The notes under the pieces: model-generated | Seen by the model: the letters and a program-made list of their open reading frames with translations, nothing else | What the model was told of the DNA's origin: nothing | The model's database searches: none | Shown here: positions 9,318 to 19,183 of the stretch, piece by piece | Layout of the letters: every line of letters starts with the position of its first letter | Numbering within the stretch: position 1 is the stretch's first letter | Position numbers and translations under genes: made by a program | Assembly: GCA_045864815.1 (NCBI GenBank) | Contig: BTVG01000006.1 | Location: forward strand, 61,611 to 125,610 | Length of the DNA: 64,000 nucleotides | Direction: 5' to 3' | From: Rhodanobacteraceae bacterium | GTDB lineage: Bacteria > Pseudomonadota > Gammaproteobacteria > Xanthomonadales > Rhodanobacteraceae

Positions 9318-10316
9318 ATGCCCAGTACTCGACACGAATTCACCCTGGAACCGGACCATCTCGAACGGCTGGCCAATCTGGCAGGCCCGTTCGACGAGCA
9401 CCTGCGCCAGATCGAGCTGCGCCTCGGCGTCAGCATCGCCAACCGTGGCAACGTGTTCCGTGTCGACGGCGATGCCGGTCACGTCGAAGCCGCCGAGAAG
9501 GTGCTGCGGGCGCTCTACGCCGCAACCGAGGACGAAGTCCTCGATGCGCACCGGATCAATCTGCACCTGCAGGAGTCCAACGTCGCCGCGCTCGACATCG
9601 CCGCAGCCGCGGGCACCCAGGAGGTCGTCATCCGCGTCAAGCGCGGGTCCATCAAGGGACGCGGACCGAACCAGTCACGCTACCTGCATGCGATAGCAAC
9701 CCACGACATCAATTTCGGCATAGGCCCTGCCGGCACCGGCAAGACCTATCTCGCCGTCGCGAGCGCCGTCGACGCGCTGGAGGCCAACCGGGTGCAACGC
9801 ATCATTCTCGTCCGCCCCGCGGTCGAGGCCGGGGAGAAGCTCGGCTTCCTGCCGGGGGACCTGACGCAGAAGGTCGACCCCTATCTGCGTCCGCTCTACG
9901 ACGCGCTCTACGAAATGCTCGGCTTCGACAAGGTGGCCAAGCTCATCGAGCGCAACGTCATCGAGATCGCACCGCTGGCGTACATGCGCGGACGCACGCT
10001 CAATGATTCGTTCGTGATCCTCGACGAGGCACAGAACACGACGGTGGAGCAGATGAAAATGTTCCTGACGCGCATTGGCTATGGCTCGGTCGCCGTCGTC
10101 ACCGGCGACGTGACCCAGATCGACCTGCCACGCCAGGTGCGCTCGGGCCTGCGCGACGCGATCGAAGTGTTGCGCGATCTGTCCGGCATCAGCTTCACGT
10201 TCTTCACGGCACACGACGTGGTCCGCCACCCGCTGGTGCAGAAGATCGTGCGCGCCTACGAAAAACATGACGCCGAGAAGCACGAGGCTACGAAGAACGC
10301 AGGAGGCGGGGTATGA
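9318..10316 (+). CDS. ybeZ: PhoH-family ATPase
   Basis: GPAGTGKT Walker A, RPAVEAGEKLGFLPGDL, DEAQN, DVVRHPLV; between miaB and ybeY. Confidence 0.93.
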   Translation: MPSTRHEFTLEPDHLERLANLAGPFDEHLRQIELRLGVSIANRGNVFRVDGDAGHVEAAEKVLRALYAATEDEVLDAHRINLHLQESNVAALDIAAAAGTQEVVIRVKRGSIKGRGPNQSRYLHAIATHDINFGIGPAGTGKTYLAVASAVDALEANRVQRIILVRPAVEAGEKLGFLPGDLTQKVDPYLRPLYDALYEMLGFDKVAKLIERNVIEIAPLAYMRGRTLNDSFVILDEAQNTTVEQMKMFLTRIGYGSVAVVTGDVTQIDLPRQVRSGLRDAIEVLRDLSGISFTFFTAHDVVRHPLVQKIVRAYEKHDAEKHEATKNAGGGV

Positions 10317-11164
10317 CGATGTCGTGGAAAGCCGCGCTGCTGCTGGCATCGTTTTCTGCCACAGCCCCGGCGCAGACGCTGAGCGGCCCCGAAAGTGTCG
10401 AGTTCCATCCGCGTTCGGGACGCCAGCTCGTCAGCAACAAGAACGGCGGCAATGTGCTCTGGCGCAGTGCGACTGGCACGCTGAGCACGTTCACGAGCGC
10501 GCCCACCGCGCCCTACGGCATCGAGTTGCTGCGCGGCACGGTGTACGTGCTCGATTCGGGCTCCCTGCGCGGCTATGACGTCGACACGGCTGCCCCGGTA
10601 CTGAACCTCGCGATCACGAACGCGCAATTCCTCAACGGCATCGCGTCCGACGGCGACCACACGCTCTACATCACCGACTTCAATGCGAAGGGCCTGCTCA
10701 AGGTCGATGTCACCGACCTCGCAAATCCGGTGCAGACGCCGCTGCACACGCTCCCGTCGAAACCCAACGGCGTGGTCTACGACAAGGCCAACCGTCGGCT
10801 ATTGATCGCGACCTGGGGCAGCGACGGCGTGCTCAGCTACGACATTGCCGCCAACACCGCGCCGGCCCCGCTGATCACCGCGACCGGCTTCAGCAACATC
10901 GACGGCATCGCGCTCGATTGCAATGGACACCTTCACATCGCGGCATGGAGCTGCCCGGGTGGAGGCGGCTGCCTCGCCCGCTTCGAGCCGCCGTTCACGA
11001 CGGCGTCGCCGGCAACCATCGTGGCGTCGTCGCTGTCGAGCCCGGCCGACATCGACTTCGACGTGCGTGGCGGTGCGATCGGCGTACCCGAATCCGGCGC
11101 GAACCGTGTCACGCTCGTGCCGGTCTGCGCGCCGGCATTGTTCACCGATGACTTCGAACGCTGA
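10313..11164 (+). CDS. Secreted SMP-30/gluconolactonase-like beta-propeller protein
   Basis: Signal peptide; blade motifs GPESV, PYGI, LNGIASD, PNGV, IDGIA, PADIDFD; ends ALFTDDFER; ATGA overlap with ybeZ and TGATG overlap with ybeY. Confidence 0.75.
   Translation: MTMSWKAALLLASFSATAPAQTLSGPESVEFHPRSGRQLVSNKNGGNVLWRSATGTLSTFTSAPTAPYGIELLRGTVYVLDSGSLRGYDVDTAAPVLNLAITNAQFLNGIASDGDHTLYITDFNAKGLLKVDVTDLANPVQTPLHTLPSKPNGVVYDKANRRLLIATWGSDGVLSYDIAANTAPAPLITATGFSNIDGIALDCNGHLHIAAWSCPGGGGCLARFEPPFTTASPATIVASSLSSPADIDFDVRGGAIGVPESGANRVTLVPVCAPALFTDDFER
11132..11164 (+). repeat. C-terminal motif copy 4: [10 protein letters not shown]
   Basis: Last 10 codons of 10313..11164. Confidence 0.65.
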
Positions 11165-11625
11165 TGGACCTGCTCGTCCACGTGGGCCGCGCCAGCAATC
11201 TGTCCGCTGCGGGCATCCCGCGTGCGGACAGTTTCCGGCGCTGGGCCGCGGCTGCATTCGCCGTCACGCGGCGACGCCGCGCCGGCGAGCTTTCGATCCG
11301 GCTCGTCGGTGCCGAAGAGGGGCGCGCGTACAACCGTGACTACCGTGGCCGCGACTACGCCACGAACGTGCTGTCGTTTCCGGTCGAACTGCCGTCGGGC
11401 CTGCGCACACCGCTGCTCGGCGACATCATCGTCTGCGTCCCCGTCGTCGCGCGCGAGGCGGCTGAACAGCACAAGCCGGTGCGCGCTCACTATGCGCACA
11501 TGACGGTACACGGTGTGCTGCACCTGCTCGGCTACGATCACGTCAACGACACCGACGCCGAGCACATGGAAGCACTCGAACGCCGCGCGCTGGCCGCACT
11601 CGGCATTGCCGACCCCTACGCCTGA
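11164..11625 (+). CDS. ybeY: rRNA maturation endoribonuclease YbeY
   Basis: [31 protein letters not shown] zinc motif. Confidence 0.95.
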   Translation: MDLLVHVGRASNLSAAGIPRADSFRRWAAAAFAVTRRRRAGELSIRLVGAEEGRAYNRDYRGRDYATNVLSFPVELPSGLRTPLLGDIIVCVPVVAREAAEQHKPVRAHYAHMTVHGVLHLLGYDHVNDTDAEHMEALERRALAALGIADPYA

Positions 11626-11626
11626 G

Positions 11627-12349
11627 TCAGGACGCCGCGTCCGGCAGCGGCGCCACACTGCGCGAAAGGCCGGTGTGGCGCACATCCTTGCCACGCACGA
11701 GATAGATGACCTGCTCGCAGATGTTCTTGCAGCGATCACCGATGCGTTCGAGCGCGCGCGCGCACCAGAGCATCTCGAGCGCCGCGGGCACCCGCTCGGA
11801 TTCCCGCTGCATCAGCTCGACGAGCAGATGCGTGAGCTCCTTGTAGAGCACGTCGACCTCGCGGTCACGGCGCAACCGTTCGAGCGCGCGCGTTTCGTCC
11901 ATGCGGGCAAACGTGTCGAGCGTCCCCCGCAGCTGGTCCCGCACCAGGCTGCCCATCTGGGCGAGCCGGAAACCGTAGTGTTCGGCGAATTCGGCACTGC
12001 CCAGTTTTTCGGCGATGCGGGCAATGCGTTCGGCCTCATCGCCGATGCGCTCGAGATTGGCCACCATGCGCACGACCGCCAGCACCAGCCTCAGGTCCGA
12101 CGCCGCCGGCTGGCGCCGGGCGAGGATCTGGGTGCAGCGCGCATCGATCTCGAGTTCGGCCGCGTTGACGTCGTCCTCGCGCGCGACCACATGGGCAACC
12201 TGGCGCAGATCGCGCGCCGCGAGCGCTTCCAGCGCCGTTGCGAGCTGCGCCTCGACCAGCCCGCCCATGGCCAGCACCTGCCTGGTGAGCGCCGCGAGTT
12301 CGCTGTTGAACTGCTGGGAAATGTGCTGGCCTAGGTGGAGACGGTCCAT
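11627..12349 (-). CDS. phoU: Phosphate signalling protein PhoU
   Basis: HISQQFNSEL, MGGLVEAQL, QPAASDLR, LERIGD twice; follows pstB. Confidence 0.93.
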   Translation of the reverse strand: MDRLHLGQHISQQFNSELAALTRQVLAMGGLVEAQLATALEALAARDLRQVAHVVAREDDVNAAELEIDARCTQILARRQPAASDLRLVLAVVRMVANLERIGDEAERIARIAEKLGSAEFAEHYGFRLAQMGSLVRDQLRGTLDTFARMDETRALERLRRDREVDVLYKELTHLLVELMQRESERVPAALEMLWCARALERIGDRCKNICEQVIYLVRGKDVRHTGLSRSVAPLPDAAS

Positions 12350-12454
12350 TTGTGCATTCGTGGCTATCGGTGGCGGCGTATCTGGTCAGGCCGAGGTTAC
12401 GCCCTGTTGACACGGCGCAAAAGGTGCAATGCGGCAGCGCTGCCGGCGCGGCGC

Positions 12455-13267
12455 TCAGCGCGCCGGCGTCTCGCGCATCCGCCCGGTGATGTAGTCTTCG
12501 GTCTCGCGCAGGCGCGGGTTGGTGAAAATCCGGTCGGTCGCGTCGAATTCCAGCAGCCGTCCGGCCTGCAGGAACGCGGTGTAGTCGGCCACGCGAGCCG
12601 CCTGCTGCATGTTGTGTGTCACCAGCAGCACGCTGTAACGCTCGCGCAGTGCCACGACCAGTTCCTCGAACCGCAAGGTCGATATCGGGTCGAGCATCGA
12701 AGCGGGTTCGTCCATCAGCAGGATTTCCGGCTCGACGGCGAGCGCCCGGGCAATGACCAGGCGCTGCTGCTGGCCTGCGGAGAGCTGCAGCGCACTGTCA
12801 CCGAGCCGGTCTCGGACTTCGTTCCAGAGCCCGGCAGCGCGCAGCGCGGCCTCGACGCGATCGTCGATTTCCAGCCGCGAACGGATACCCGCCAGACGTA
12901 AGCCGAACGCGACGTTCTCCGCGACCGACTGCGGGAACGGATTGGGTTTCTGGAACACCATACCGACACGACGGCGCAGATCCGGCAGCACGATCGTATC
13001 CGCATAAGCGTCGACGCCGAAGACGCGGACCTCGCCACTGATCCGGCACCCGGCAATCTCGTCGTTGAGACGGTTGAAGCAACGCAGCAGGCTCGACTTG
13101 CCACAGCCGGAAGGGCCGATCAGCGCGGTCACGTGCCCGCGCGGCACCTGCAGGTCGACACCGGCCAGCGCGCGCCGGCCGGCGTAGTCGAGACTGAGGC
13201 CGCGCGCTTCCAGCGCGATCTCGCATCCGGCGAGCAACTGCGCCGGCATCACGCCGGCGACATTCAT
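12455..13267 (-). CDS. pstB: Phosphate ABC transporter ATPase PstB
   Basis: [57 protein letters not shown]; ATGA overlap with pstA. Confidence 0.93.
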   Translation of the reverse strand: MNVAGVMPAQLLAGCEIALEARGLSLDYAGRRALAGVDLQVPRGHVTALIGPSGCGKSSLLRCFNRLNDEIAGCRISGEVRVFGVDAYADTIVLPDLRRRVGMVFQKPNPFPQSVAENVAFGLRLAGIRSRLEIDDRVEAALRAAGLWNEVRDRLGDSALQLSAGQQQRLVIARALAVEPEILLMDEPASMLDPISTLRFEELVVALRERYSVLLVTHNMQQAARVADYTAFLQAGRLLEFDATDRIFTNPRLRETEDYITGRMRETPAR

Positions 13268-14577
13268 ACGGCGAGCTCCCGCGCACGTTCGCGCAACCGG
13301 TTGCGGACCGCAATCGCTGCCGCATTCAAACCGACGACGACGACGAGCAACAGCAGCGCAGCTGCGTGCGCCTGCGCCGTGTCGCGCTGGGCGTCGCTGC
13401 CGGCCAGGGCAAGATCGTAGACGCTCTGGCCCAAATGCATGAACTGGCGCGACAGGTGCAGATACGGAAACTCCGCGTCCAGCGGCAGCGCCGGCGCGTA
13501 CCTGACGGCGCCGACCAGCATCAGCGGTGCGACTTCGCCGGACGCACGCGCAACCGCCAGGATGAGCGCCGTCAGCAGGGCCGGACGCGCGACCGGCAGC
13601 ACCACGCGCCACAGGGTCTCCGCACGCGTGGCACCGAGTGCGAGCGCGCCCTGGCGCAGCGAATCCGGAACACGCCCCAGGCCTTCTTCGGTCGCAATGA
13701 CGACGACGGGCAAGGTCAGCAGCGCCAGCGTCAGCGCGGACCACAGCAGGCCCCCGCCGCCCCAGTGCGGCGTCGGGTTCGCGAGCACCGCGTCTAGACC
13801 GCCTCCGATGCCATTGACGAACAGCACCAGGCCGAGCAGGCCGTAGATCACCGCTGGCACACCCGCCAGATTGGCAATCGCCGCGCGCAGCAGGCGGGCG
13901 CCACGCCGGCTGCCGGCATACTCATGCAGCCAGAGGGCGAGCAGCACGCCCAGAGGCATCACGAGCACACTCATGAGCAGAACCAGCACGACGGTACCGA
14001 CCAGCGCAGGGAACACACCGCCGCCGGCCTGAGGCTCGCCGACGACGAAACGCCAGGCACGCCGCAGGGCAATACCGGTTGCATCCGTCGTCGACAGCTG
14101 GTTCGCGGCGAACACGTCGACCACGTCGTCAGGCGCGGCGAAGGAACCGCCGGCTGCCTGAGCGCTCAACAGCGCACCCACGTCCGCCTGCGCCGCGGGG
14201 GCGCCGCCGCGCAGATAGAGTTCCCGGCCATCGCGCAGACGCACCGACAACGCGTCGGCGGGCCACGCCAGCGCGATCAGGTCACTGCGCCGGATGCGGT
14301 GATAGTCGGCACCACGTCGTGTCCATTCACTGCCGCGTACGATGAGCTCGCGTGCGTCCTGTCTTAGCACGGCGGCCAGCAGGACTTGCTCCGTGTCGCC
14401 ACTACGCCAGCGCAGTTCCGCCACCGGCGCCGGCACAAAGGCGTGCGCCGTCTGCCGCAGCAGCACCACGAGCAGGGTCGCGAGGGCGAGCAGACTCAGG
14501 CCTACCGCACCGGCCGCGAGCCACAGCCCCGGATCGCTGCGCCGCAAGGCGCCGCGCACTGGTGTCGCGAGCGCCAT
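13264..14577 (-). CDS. pstA: Phosphate ABC transporter permease PstA (long, N-terminally extended type)
   Basis: [36 protein letters not shown]...[20 protein letters not shown]; start ATG 14577 estimated. Confidence 0.88.
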   Translation of the reverse strand: MALATPVRGALRRSDPGLWLAAGAVGLSLLALATLLVVLLRQTAHAFVPAPVAELRWRSGDTEQVLLAAVLRQDARELIVRGSEWTRRGADYHRIRRSDLIALAWPADALSVRLRDGRELYLRGGAPAAQADVGALLSAQAAGGSFAAPDDVVDVFAANQLSTTDATGIALRRAWRFVVGEPQAGGGVFPALVGTVVLVLLMSVLVMPLGVLLALWLHEYAGSRRGARLLRAAIANLAGVPAVIYGLLGLVLFVNGIGGGLDAVLANPTPHWGGGGLLWSALTLALLTLPVVVIATEEGLGRVPDSLRQGALALGATRAETLWRVVLPVARPALLTALILAVARASGEVAPLMLVGAVRYAPALPLDAEFPYLHLSRQFMHLGQSVYDLALAGSDAQRDTAQAHAAALLLLVVVVGLNAAAIAVRNRLRERARELAV

Positions 14578-14578
14578 G

Positions 14579-15673
14579 CTAAAGCCCCGCCAGCCGGCGG
14601 CGCAGTCGGCCGCGCACGAGTTCCGCCACGGCATTGAGCATCAGACACAGCGCGAACAGCAGCAACGCGGACAGCAGCAGCAGGCCGTAGCGCTCGCCGC
14701 CTGGCGTCGCTTCGGGCGCCTCGAGCGCCAGATGTGCCGCTATCGAGCGCAAGCCCGTCAGCGGCGACGCATCGAACAACGGCGTGTTGCCGCTGGCCAT
14801 CAGCACGATCATGGTTTCGCCCAGCGCGCGACTGAAACCCAGCAGCAGGGCCGCTGCGACACCGGGCGCAGCAACCGGCAGCAACAGCCGCCACAGGGCC
14901 TGCCAGCGCGTTGCACCCAGCGCCTGCGCGCCCAGCATGAATTCCGCCGGTACGGCGAACAATGCATCCTCTGCGAGCGTGAACACCGTCGGCATCACGG
15001 CGAGTCCGAGCACGAGGCCCACGACCAGCGCGTTCCAGGGTGTCGTCGGCTGCACGAACGCGGCGATGGCAGTACCCGCCATGGCATCGCCGGCCGCCAG
15101 CGCGCCCCAGGCGAGCGCCACCAGCACGGGCAGCGACAGCCAGACCTCCGTCCCTGCCGCCGCGCGCCGCCAGCGCATCGGCGCCGCTTGCCGCCAGACC
15201 ATGCCGGCTGCAGCGAGCACCGGCACGAGCGCAGCGAGAAAGCACACGAATGCCAGCACGTGCCGCGCGAGCCAGGGCGCCAGCAGCAGAGAGGCCACCA
15301 GCCCCAGCACGACGGCAGGGACCGCCTCGAACAGTTCGAACAGAGGCTTCAGCAACTTGCGCCAACCCGGCGGCGCGAAACGCGCACACCAGATGGCGGC
15401 ACCCAACCCCAGCGGAATCGCCACGGCCAGCGCGTAGGAAGCGGCCTTGAAGCTACCGGCGAGCAAGGGCAGCACCGTCTCGCTCCAGCCCGGGGTCACT
15501 CGCGCCGACGCGAGCAGGAACAGCGGCATCGCGACGGCAAGAACGGCGAGCGCTGCCGCGGCGCCGCCGAGGCCGCCGCGCAGCCAGCGCTCCCGGCGCT
15601 CACGCACGGCCGCTCGCTGCGCGAAACGCACAGCCAGCGGCACGGTGAACGACGGGGAAGCCGGAACGGGCAT
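14579..15673 (-). CDS. pstC: Phosphate ABC transporter permease PstC
   Basis: GSFKAASYAL, LKPLFELFEAVPAVVLG, GLAVMPTVFTLAEDAL, SRALGETMIVLMASGNTP, EAPEA. Confidence 0.88.
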   Translation of the reverse strand: MPVPASPSFTVPLAVRFAQRAAVRERRERWLRGGLGGAAAALAVLAVAMPLFLLASARVTPGWSETVLPLLAGSFKAASYALAVAIPLGLGAAIWCARFAPPGWRKLLKPLFELFEAVPAVVLGLVASLLLAPWLARHVLAFVCFLAALVPVLAAAGMVWRQAAPMRWRRAAAGTEVWLSLPVLVALAWGALAAGDAMAGTAIAAFVQPTTPWNALVVGLVLGLAVMPTVFTLAEDALFAVPAEFMLGAQALGATRWQALWRLLLPVAAPGVAAALLLGFSRALGETMIVLMASGNTPLFDASPLTGLRSIAAHLALEAPEATPGGERYGLLLLSALLLFALCLMLNAVAELVRGRLRRRLAGL

Positions 15674-15679
15674 GGGCGC

Positions 15680-15713
15680 ACGCTAGGAGCTGAATATGAC
15701 AGTCATGTTACAG
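15680..15713 (-). promoter_or_regulatory. PHO box plus -10 element of the pstCAB-phoU promoter
   Basis: Minus strand CTGTAAC-ATGA-CTGTCAT (15713-15696, 11-bp period), 10-nt spacer, then TAGCGT (15685-15680): the geometry of PhoB-activated sigma70 promoters. Confidence 0.8.
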
Positions 15714-15721
15714 CCCGCTGC

Positions 15722-15777
15722 TTGTCACCGCGGCGTCATGCAGCGGCAATCGGCACGCCATCGCCGCTTCGCACTCT
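15722..15777 (+). promoter_or_regulatory. Plus-strand phased PHO-like repeats and putative -10 facing the glycosyltransferase operon
   Basis: TTGTCAC (15722) and GCGTCAT (15733), weaker CGGCAAT (15744) and ACGCCAT (15755), all at 11-bp spacing; CACTCT 10 nt later (15772). Confidence 0.55.
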
Positions 15778-15816
15778 GCACAGGCGATGCAGCCATCGGT
15801 CGGAGCTTGCGCCGGC

Positions 15817-15987
15817 ATGAACTGGAACACGACTGCGATACGCCCTGACGCGGCGCTCAGCAGTCCGGTGCCGCTCGACGGGCCGCCGCATTGCCACACC
15901 CCCTACCCGCGCGGCATGCCGTGCCCGGAAAGCGACGGGCCGGACCCCACCCGGAGCCTGCGCCATGCGCGTCGCGATCGTCACTGA
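15817..15987 (+). CDS. Possible small Pro-rich ORF (56 aa) upstream of the glycosyltransferase
   Basis: ATG 15817 with GGAG 11 nt upstream; overlaps the GT start by 23 nt; no recognisable domain. Confidence 0.25.
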   Translation: MNWNTTAIRPDAALSSPVPLDGPPHCHTPYPRGMPCPESDGPDPTRSLRHARRDRH

Positions 15988-17107
15988 AACCTATCCGCCC
16001 GAGATCAACGGTGTCGCACTGACCGTGCAGTCGCTCGCCCACGGCCTGCACGGGCGCGGCCATGAGGTGCAGCTGATCCGCCCGCGCCAGCCGGCGGGCC
16101 GCGAGGACAATCACGAATCCATCGTCGACGAGGTACAGGTCAGCGGCGCCGCGATTCCCCGCTACCCCGGACTGCGCTTCGGCTGGCCGGCGCGGCGCCG
16201 GCTCGAACGGCTCTGGCGTACGCGCCGTCCGGACGCCATCTATGTCGCGACCGAGGGGCCGCTCGGCCATTCGGCGCTGCGTGCGGCGCGGCGCCTCGGC
16301 ATAGCCGCAAGCACCGGTTTTCATACGCGTTTCGACGACTTCGCCCGCTTTTACGGCGTCGGCTGGCTCACCCCCTTCGTATTTGCCTGGCTGCGCCATT
16401 TCCATGCGCATTCCGCTGCCACGCTGGTACCCACGCAGGAACTCGCTGAATTCCTGCGTGGACGCGGCTTCGGCGCCGTGCGCCTGCTGCGCCGTGCGGT
16501 CGACACACAGCTGTTCGATCCGGCGCGCCGCTGCGAACAGCTGCGCCTGGCCTGGGGCCTGACCGACGACGAACTCGCCGTGGTCTATGTCGGCCGCATC
16601 GCACCGGAGAAAAACCTCGAGCTAAACGTCCGGGCATTCCGCGCCCTGCAGCAACATCGACCGCAGGCGCGCTATGTCTGGATCGGCGATGGCCCGGCCC
16701 GCGCCGAAATCGCACGCGCGAATCCCGACTTCATTTTCTGCGGCAGCCTGCGCGGCGACGAGCTCGCGAGGCACTTTGCCAGCTGCGACCTGTTTCTGTT
16801 CGCGTCGCTCAGCGAGACCTTCGGCAATGTCACGCTCGAAGCCATGGCCAGCGGCGTCGCCACCGTGGCCTTCGACTACGGCGCCGCGCGCGAACACATG
16901 ATCGACGGCATCAACGGCCGTCGCGTCGCCTGCGGCGATGCCGGAGCGTTCGTCGCCGCCGCGGTCGCCCTCGCATGCGACGCCGCGCAGCGTCGTGCCC
17001 AGGCCGCCGCCGCGCGCGACGCAGTGATGCACCTGAGCCCGCAATCGGTCACCGATCACTTCGCCGATCTCCTCGCCTCGCTGCCTGCCTCCCGGAGCAC
17101 CGCATGA
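15965..17107 (+). CDS. GT4-family glycosyltransferase (putative diacylglycerol glycosyltransferase)
   Basis: MRVAIVTETYPPEINGVA, VATEGPLG, VYVGRIAPEKNL, SETFGNVTLEAMASG. Confidence 0.9.
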   Translation: MRVAIVTETYPPEINGVALTVQSLAHGLHGRGHEVQLIRPRQPAGREDNHESIVDEVQVSGAAIPRYPGLRFGWPARRRLERLWRTRRPDAIYVATEGPLGHSALRAARRLGIAASTGFHTRFDDFARFYGVGWLTPFVFAWLRHFHAHSAATLVPTQELAEFLRGRGFGAVRLLRRAVDTQLFDPARRCEQLRLAWGLTDDELAVVYVGRIAPEKNLELNVRAFRALQQHRPQARYVWIGDGPARAEIARANPDFIFCGSLRGDELARHFASCDLFLFASLSETFGNVTLEAMASGVATVAFDYGAAREHMIDGINGRRVACGDAGAFVAAAVALACDAAQRRAQAAAARDAVMHLSPQSVTDHFADLLASLPASRSTA

Positions 17108-17664
17108 ACGCCATCGAACGCTGGAACCGTCTCGAAATCCGCAGCGGCGAATGGCGCCTCTGCCTGGTCGCGAACCGCTGGGGAACGCGCCGCACGATTG
17201 CACGCTTTTTCGGCCTAATCAGCCGCGCCGGTGACGGCGTGTTCTGGTATTCGCTGATGGGGGCGCTCGCCCTGCTCGGCGGCCCGCGCGGGGCGCAGGC
17301 CGCGCTGCACATGGCAGTGGTCGGCCTGATCGCCCTCGCGCTGTATCGCAGCCTCAAGAAACACACGCGCCGGCCGCGGCCGTTCCGCGCCCACGAGGGC
17401 ATCGTCGCGCACATTCCCCCTTTGGACGAATACAGTTTTCCATCCGGACACACACTGCATGCCGTCAGTTTCAGTCTGGTCGCAATCGCCTATTTCCCGC
17501 TGCTCGCAACCGTGCTGATCCCGTTCACCGCGCTGGTCGCCGCGTCGCGCGTCGTCCTGGGGCTGCATTTCCCGAGCGACGTGCTGGCCGCCGGTGCGAT
17601 TGGCAGCGCACTCGCCGGTCTTTCGCTGTGGCTGATTCCCGGGGTACGGCTACTGGCGGCCTGA
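17104..17664 (+). CDS. PAP2-family membrane lipid phosphatase
   Basis: KKHTRRPRP, SFPSGH, SRVVLGLHFPSDV; ATGA overlap with the GT. Confidence 0.9.
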   Translation: MNAIERWNRLEIRSGEWRLCLVANRWGTRRTIARFFGLISRAGDGVFWYSLMGALALLGGPRGAQAALHMAVVGLIALALYRSLKKHTRRPRPFRAHEGIVAHIPPLDEYSFPSGHTLHAVSFSLVAIAYFPLLATVLIPFTALVAASRVVLGLHFPSDVLAAGAIGSALAGLSLWLIPGVRLLAA

Positions 17665-17711
17665 AGGCCCGCCGCCGGCATCGTGTGCATGTGCTGAGGT
17701 TACGCGATGCT

Positions 17712-18584
17712 TCAGCGCACGACTGCCGCAACGACGCCGGGTCTCGACTGTTCGTCCCAGTCAGCCGCGTTCGCGACTTGTCCGTGCCGGCGTACGCTGA
17801 CGAGCGCATCGCCGTCGATGTCGGCAAACGTCCACACCGCCTCCGCCGCCTGCGCCACGATGCCGTCATCCGGCAGGCCACGATCGCTGGCCGCGAATAC
17901 CGCAGCGACGCCGGTGTTGGCATCCAGCGCCGGGCTCCAGGAGGCTGCGCCGGCGGTGACCGACTGGACGACGTAGATCTGGTTTTCGAGCGCACGCGCG
18001 CGGCAGCCCAGCCGCACGCGCGTGGCACCGGCCTGGGTATCGGTACAGCTCGGCACCAGCAGCAGGCGTGCGCCGGCTTCGTACTGGCGGCGCGCATACA
18101 GCGGGAATTCACTGTCATAGCAGACGTTGACCGCGATGCGGCCCAACGCGGTGTCGAACACCTGCAGCAGGTCCCCGGGCTCGATCAGGCCCGTGTCACG
18201 CTCGAATCCGGTCAGGGTGAGTTTGTCCTGAAACCAGCGCCGTCCGTCCGGAGCGAACAATTCGGCACGGTTGCGGTAACGACCGCTGTCCTGACGCAGC
18301 AGGAAGGTTCCGGCCAGCACATGCAGGCCACAGTCGCGCGCGAGCGCCGCAAACAGTGCCTGCCAGTCGGCGTAGAGCGGCTGCAGCGCCTCGAGGGACG
18401 CCGCGAAATCCACACGTGTCGCGTCCACGAACTGTCCGGCCAGCTCGAGCGCCAGATATTCGGGCAGCACGGCCAACTGTGCGCCCTGCGCAGCGACGGA
18501 AGCGATCTCGCGCCGCAGTCGTGCCGCATGCTCACCGAAACTCGCGGGCGCGACTATGGGCCACCGGGCACTGGCGACGCGCAT
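17712..18584 (-). CDS. Carbon-nitrogen hydrolase (nitrilase superfamily)
   Basis: Triad contexts VLPEY (Glu), QDKLTLT (Lys), NVCYDSEFP (Cys); ARALENQ; TGATG overlap with the GNAT gene. Confidence 0.88.
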   Translation of the reverse strand: MRVASARWPIVAPASFGEHAARLRREIASVAAQGAQLAVLPEYLALELAGQFVDATRVDFAASLEALQPLYADWQALFAALARDCGLHVLAGTFLLRQDSGRYRNRAELFAPDGRRWFQDKLTLTGFERDTGLIEPGDLLQVFDTALGRIAVNVCYDSEFPLYARRQYEAGARLLLVPSCTDTQAGATRVRLGCRARALENQIYVVQSVTAGAASWSPALDANTGVAAVFAASDRGLPDDGIVAQAAEAVWTFADIDGDALVSVRRHGQVANAADWDEQSRPGVVAAVVR

Positions 18585-19183
18585 CAGCACGGATCCCCGC
18601 GCAGCCAGAATCGCAGCTGATGCATCTGCGGCGACGTCGCGCCGGTTTCCTGCCATTCCAGTTCGCAGAACATGTCGTCCTGGCGCCGGTAGCCCCGCTT
18701 GCGCCAGAACGCGTCGTTGTCGCGGTGCCCGGGCGGGCGGCGCGGATCGCCGGCATCCCGTTCGACGGCGCAGAATGCCGTCACCGGCAATCCGAGTTCG
18801 CGCGCACGCGCCTCGCGCGCATCGAAGAACGCATGGCCGAGACCGCGGCCACGCCAGGCCGGCAACAGCACTGACTCCCCGAAATAGAAGACCTGCGCGG
18901 AATCGATTCCGCGACGGGTGAACGGCTCCCGGAAAGCGGCGACCTCGTCCACCAGTGGGACCGCCGTGGATGCACCGACCACGGCATCGCCGTCGAAGGC
19001 CAGCACGAACAGGCTGCGGGGTGACCGCGCGTAGGTCGCCAGATACTGCGTTTCGTAGTCCGCGCTGCCGTCGTAGCAATATGGCCAGTCACGGAACACG
19101 GCAATGCGCAGCGCTGCGACGGCGGGCAGGTGCGGCGTCACCGCCGCACCATGACAGCACTCGATTCTCGGCTCCGTGCTCAT
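18584..19183 (-). CDS. GNAT-family N-acetyltransferase
   Basis: LRIAVFRDWPYCY, VVGAST, YFGESVLLPAWRGRGLG (acetyl-CoA motif), FWRKRGY. Confidence 0.85.
   Translation of the reverse strand: MSTEPRIECCHGAAVTPHLPAVAALRIAVFRDWPYCYDGSADYETQYLATYARSPRSLFVLAFDGDAVVGASTAVPLVDEVAAFREPFTRRGIDSAQVFYFGESVLLPAWRGRGLGHAFFDAREARARELGLPVTAFCAVERDAGDPRRPPGHRDNDAFWRKRGYRRQDDMFCELEWQETGATSPQMHQLRFWLRGDPC

Noticed and set aside
13268-13744. Upstream extensions of the pstB ORF, and likewise of the nitrilase, GNAT, hprK and hda ORFs
   Set aside because: They overlap neighbouring genes; stop/start overlaps give better starts.
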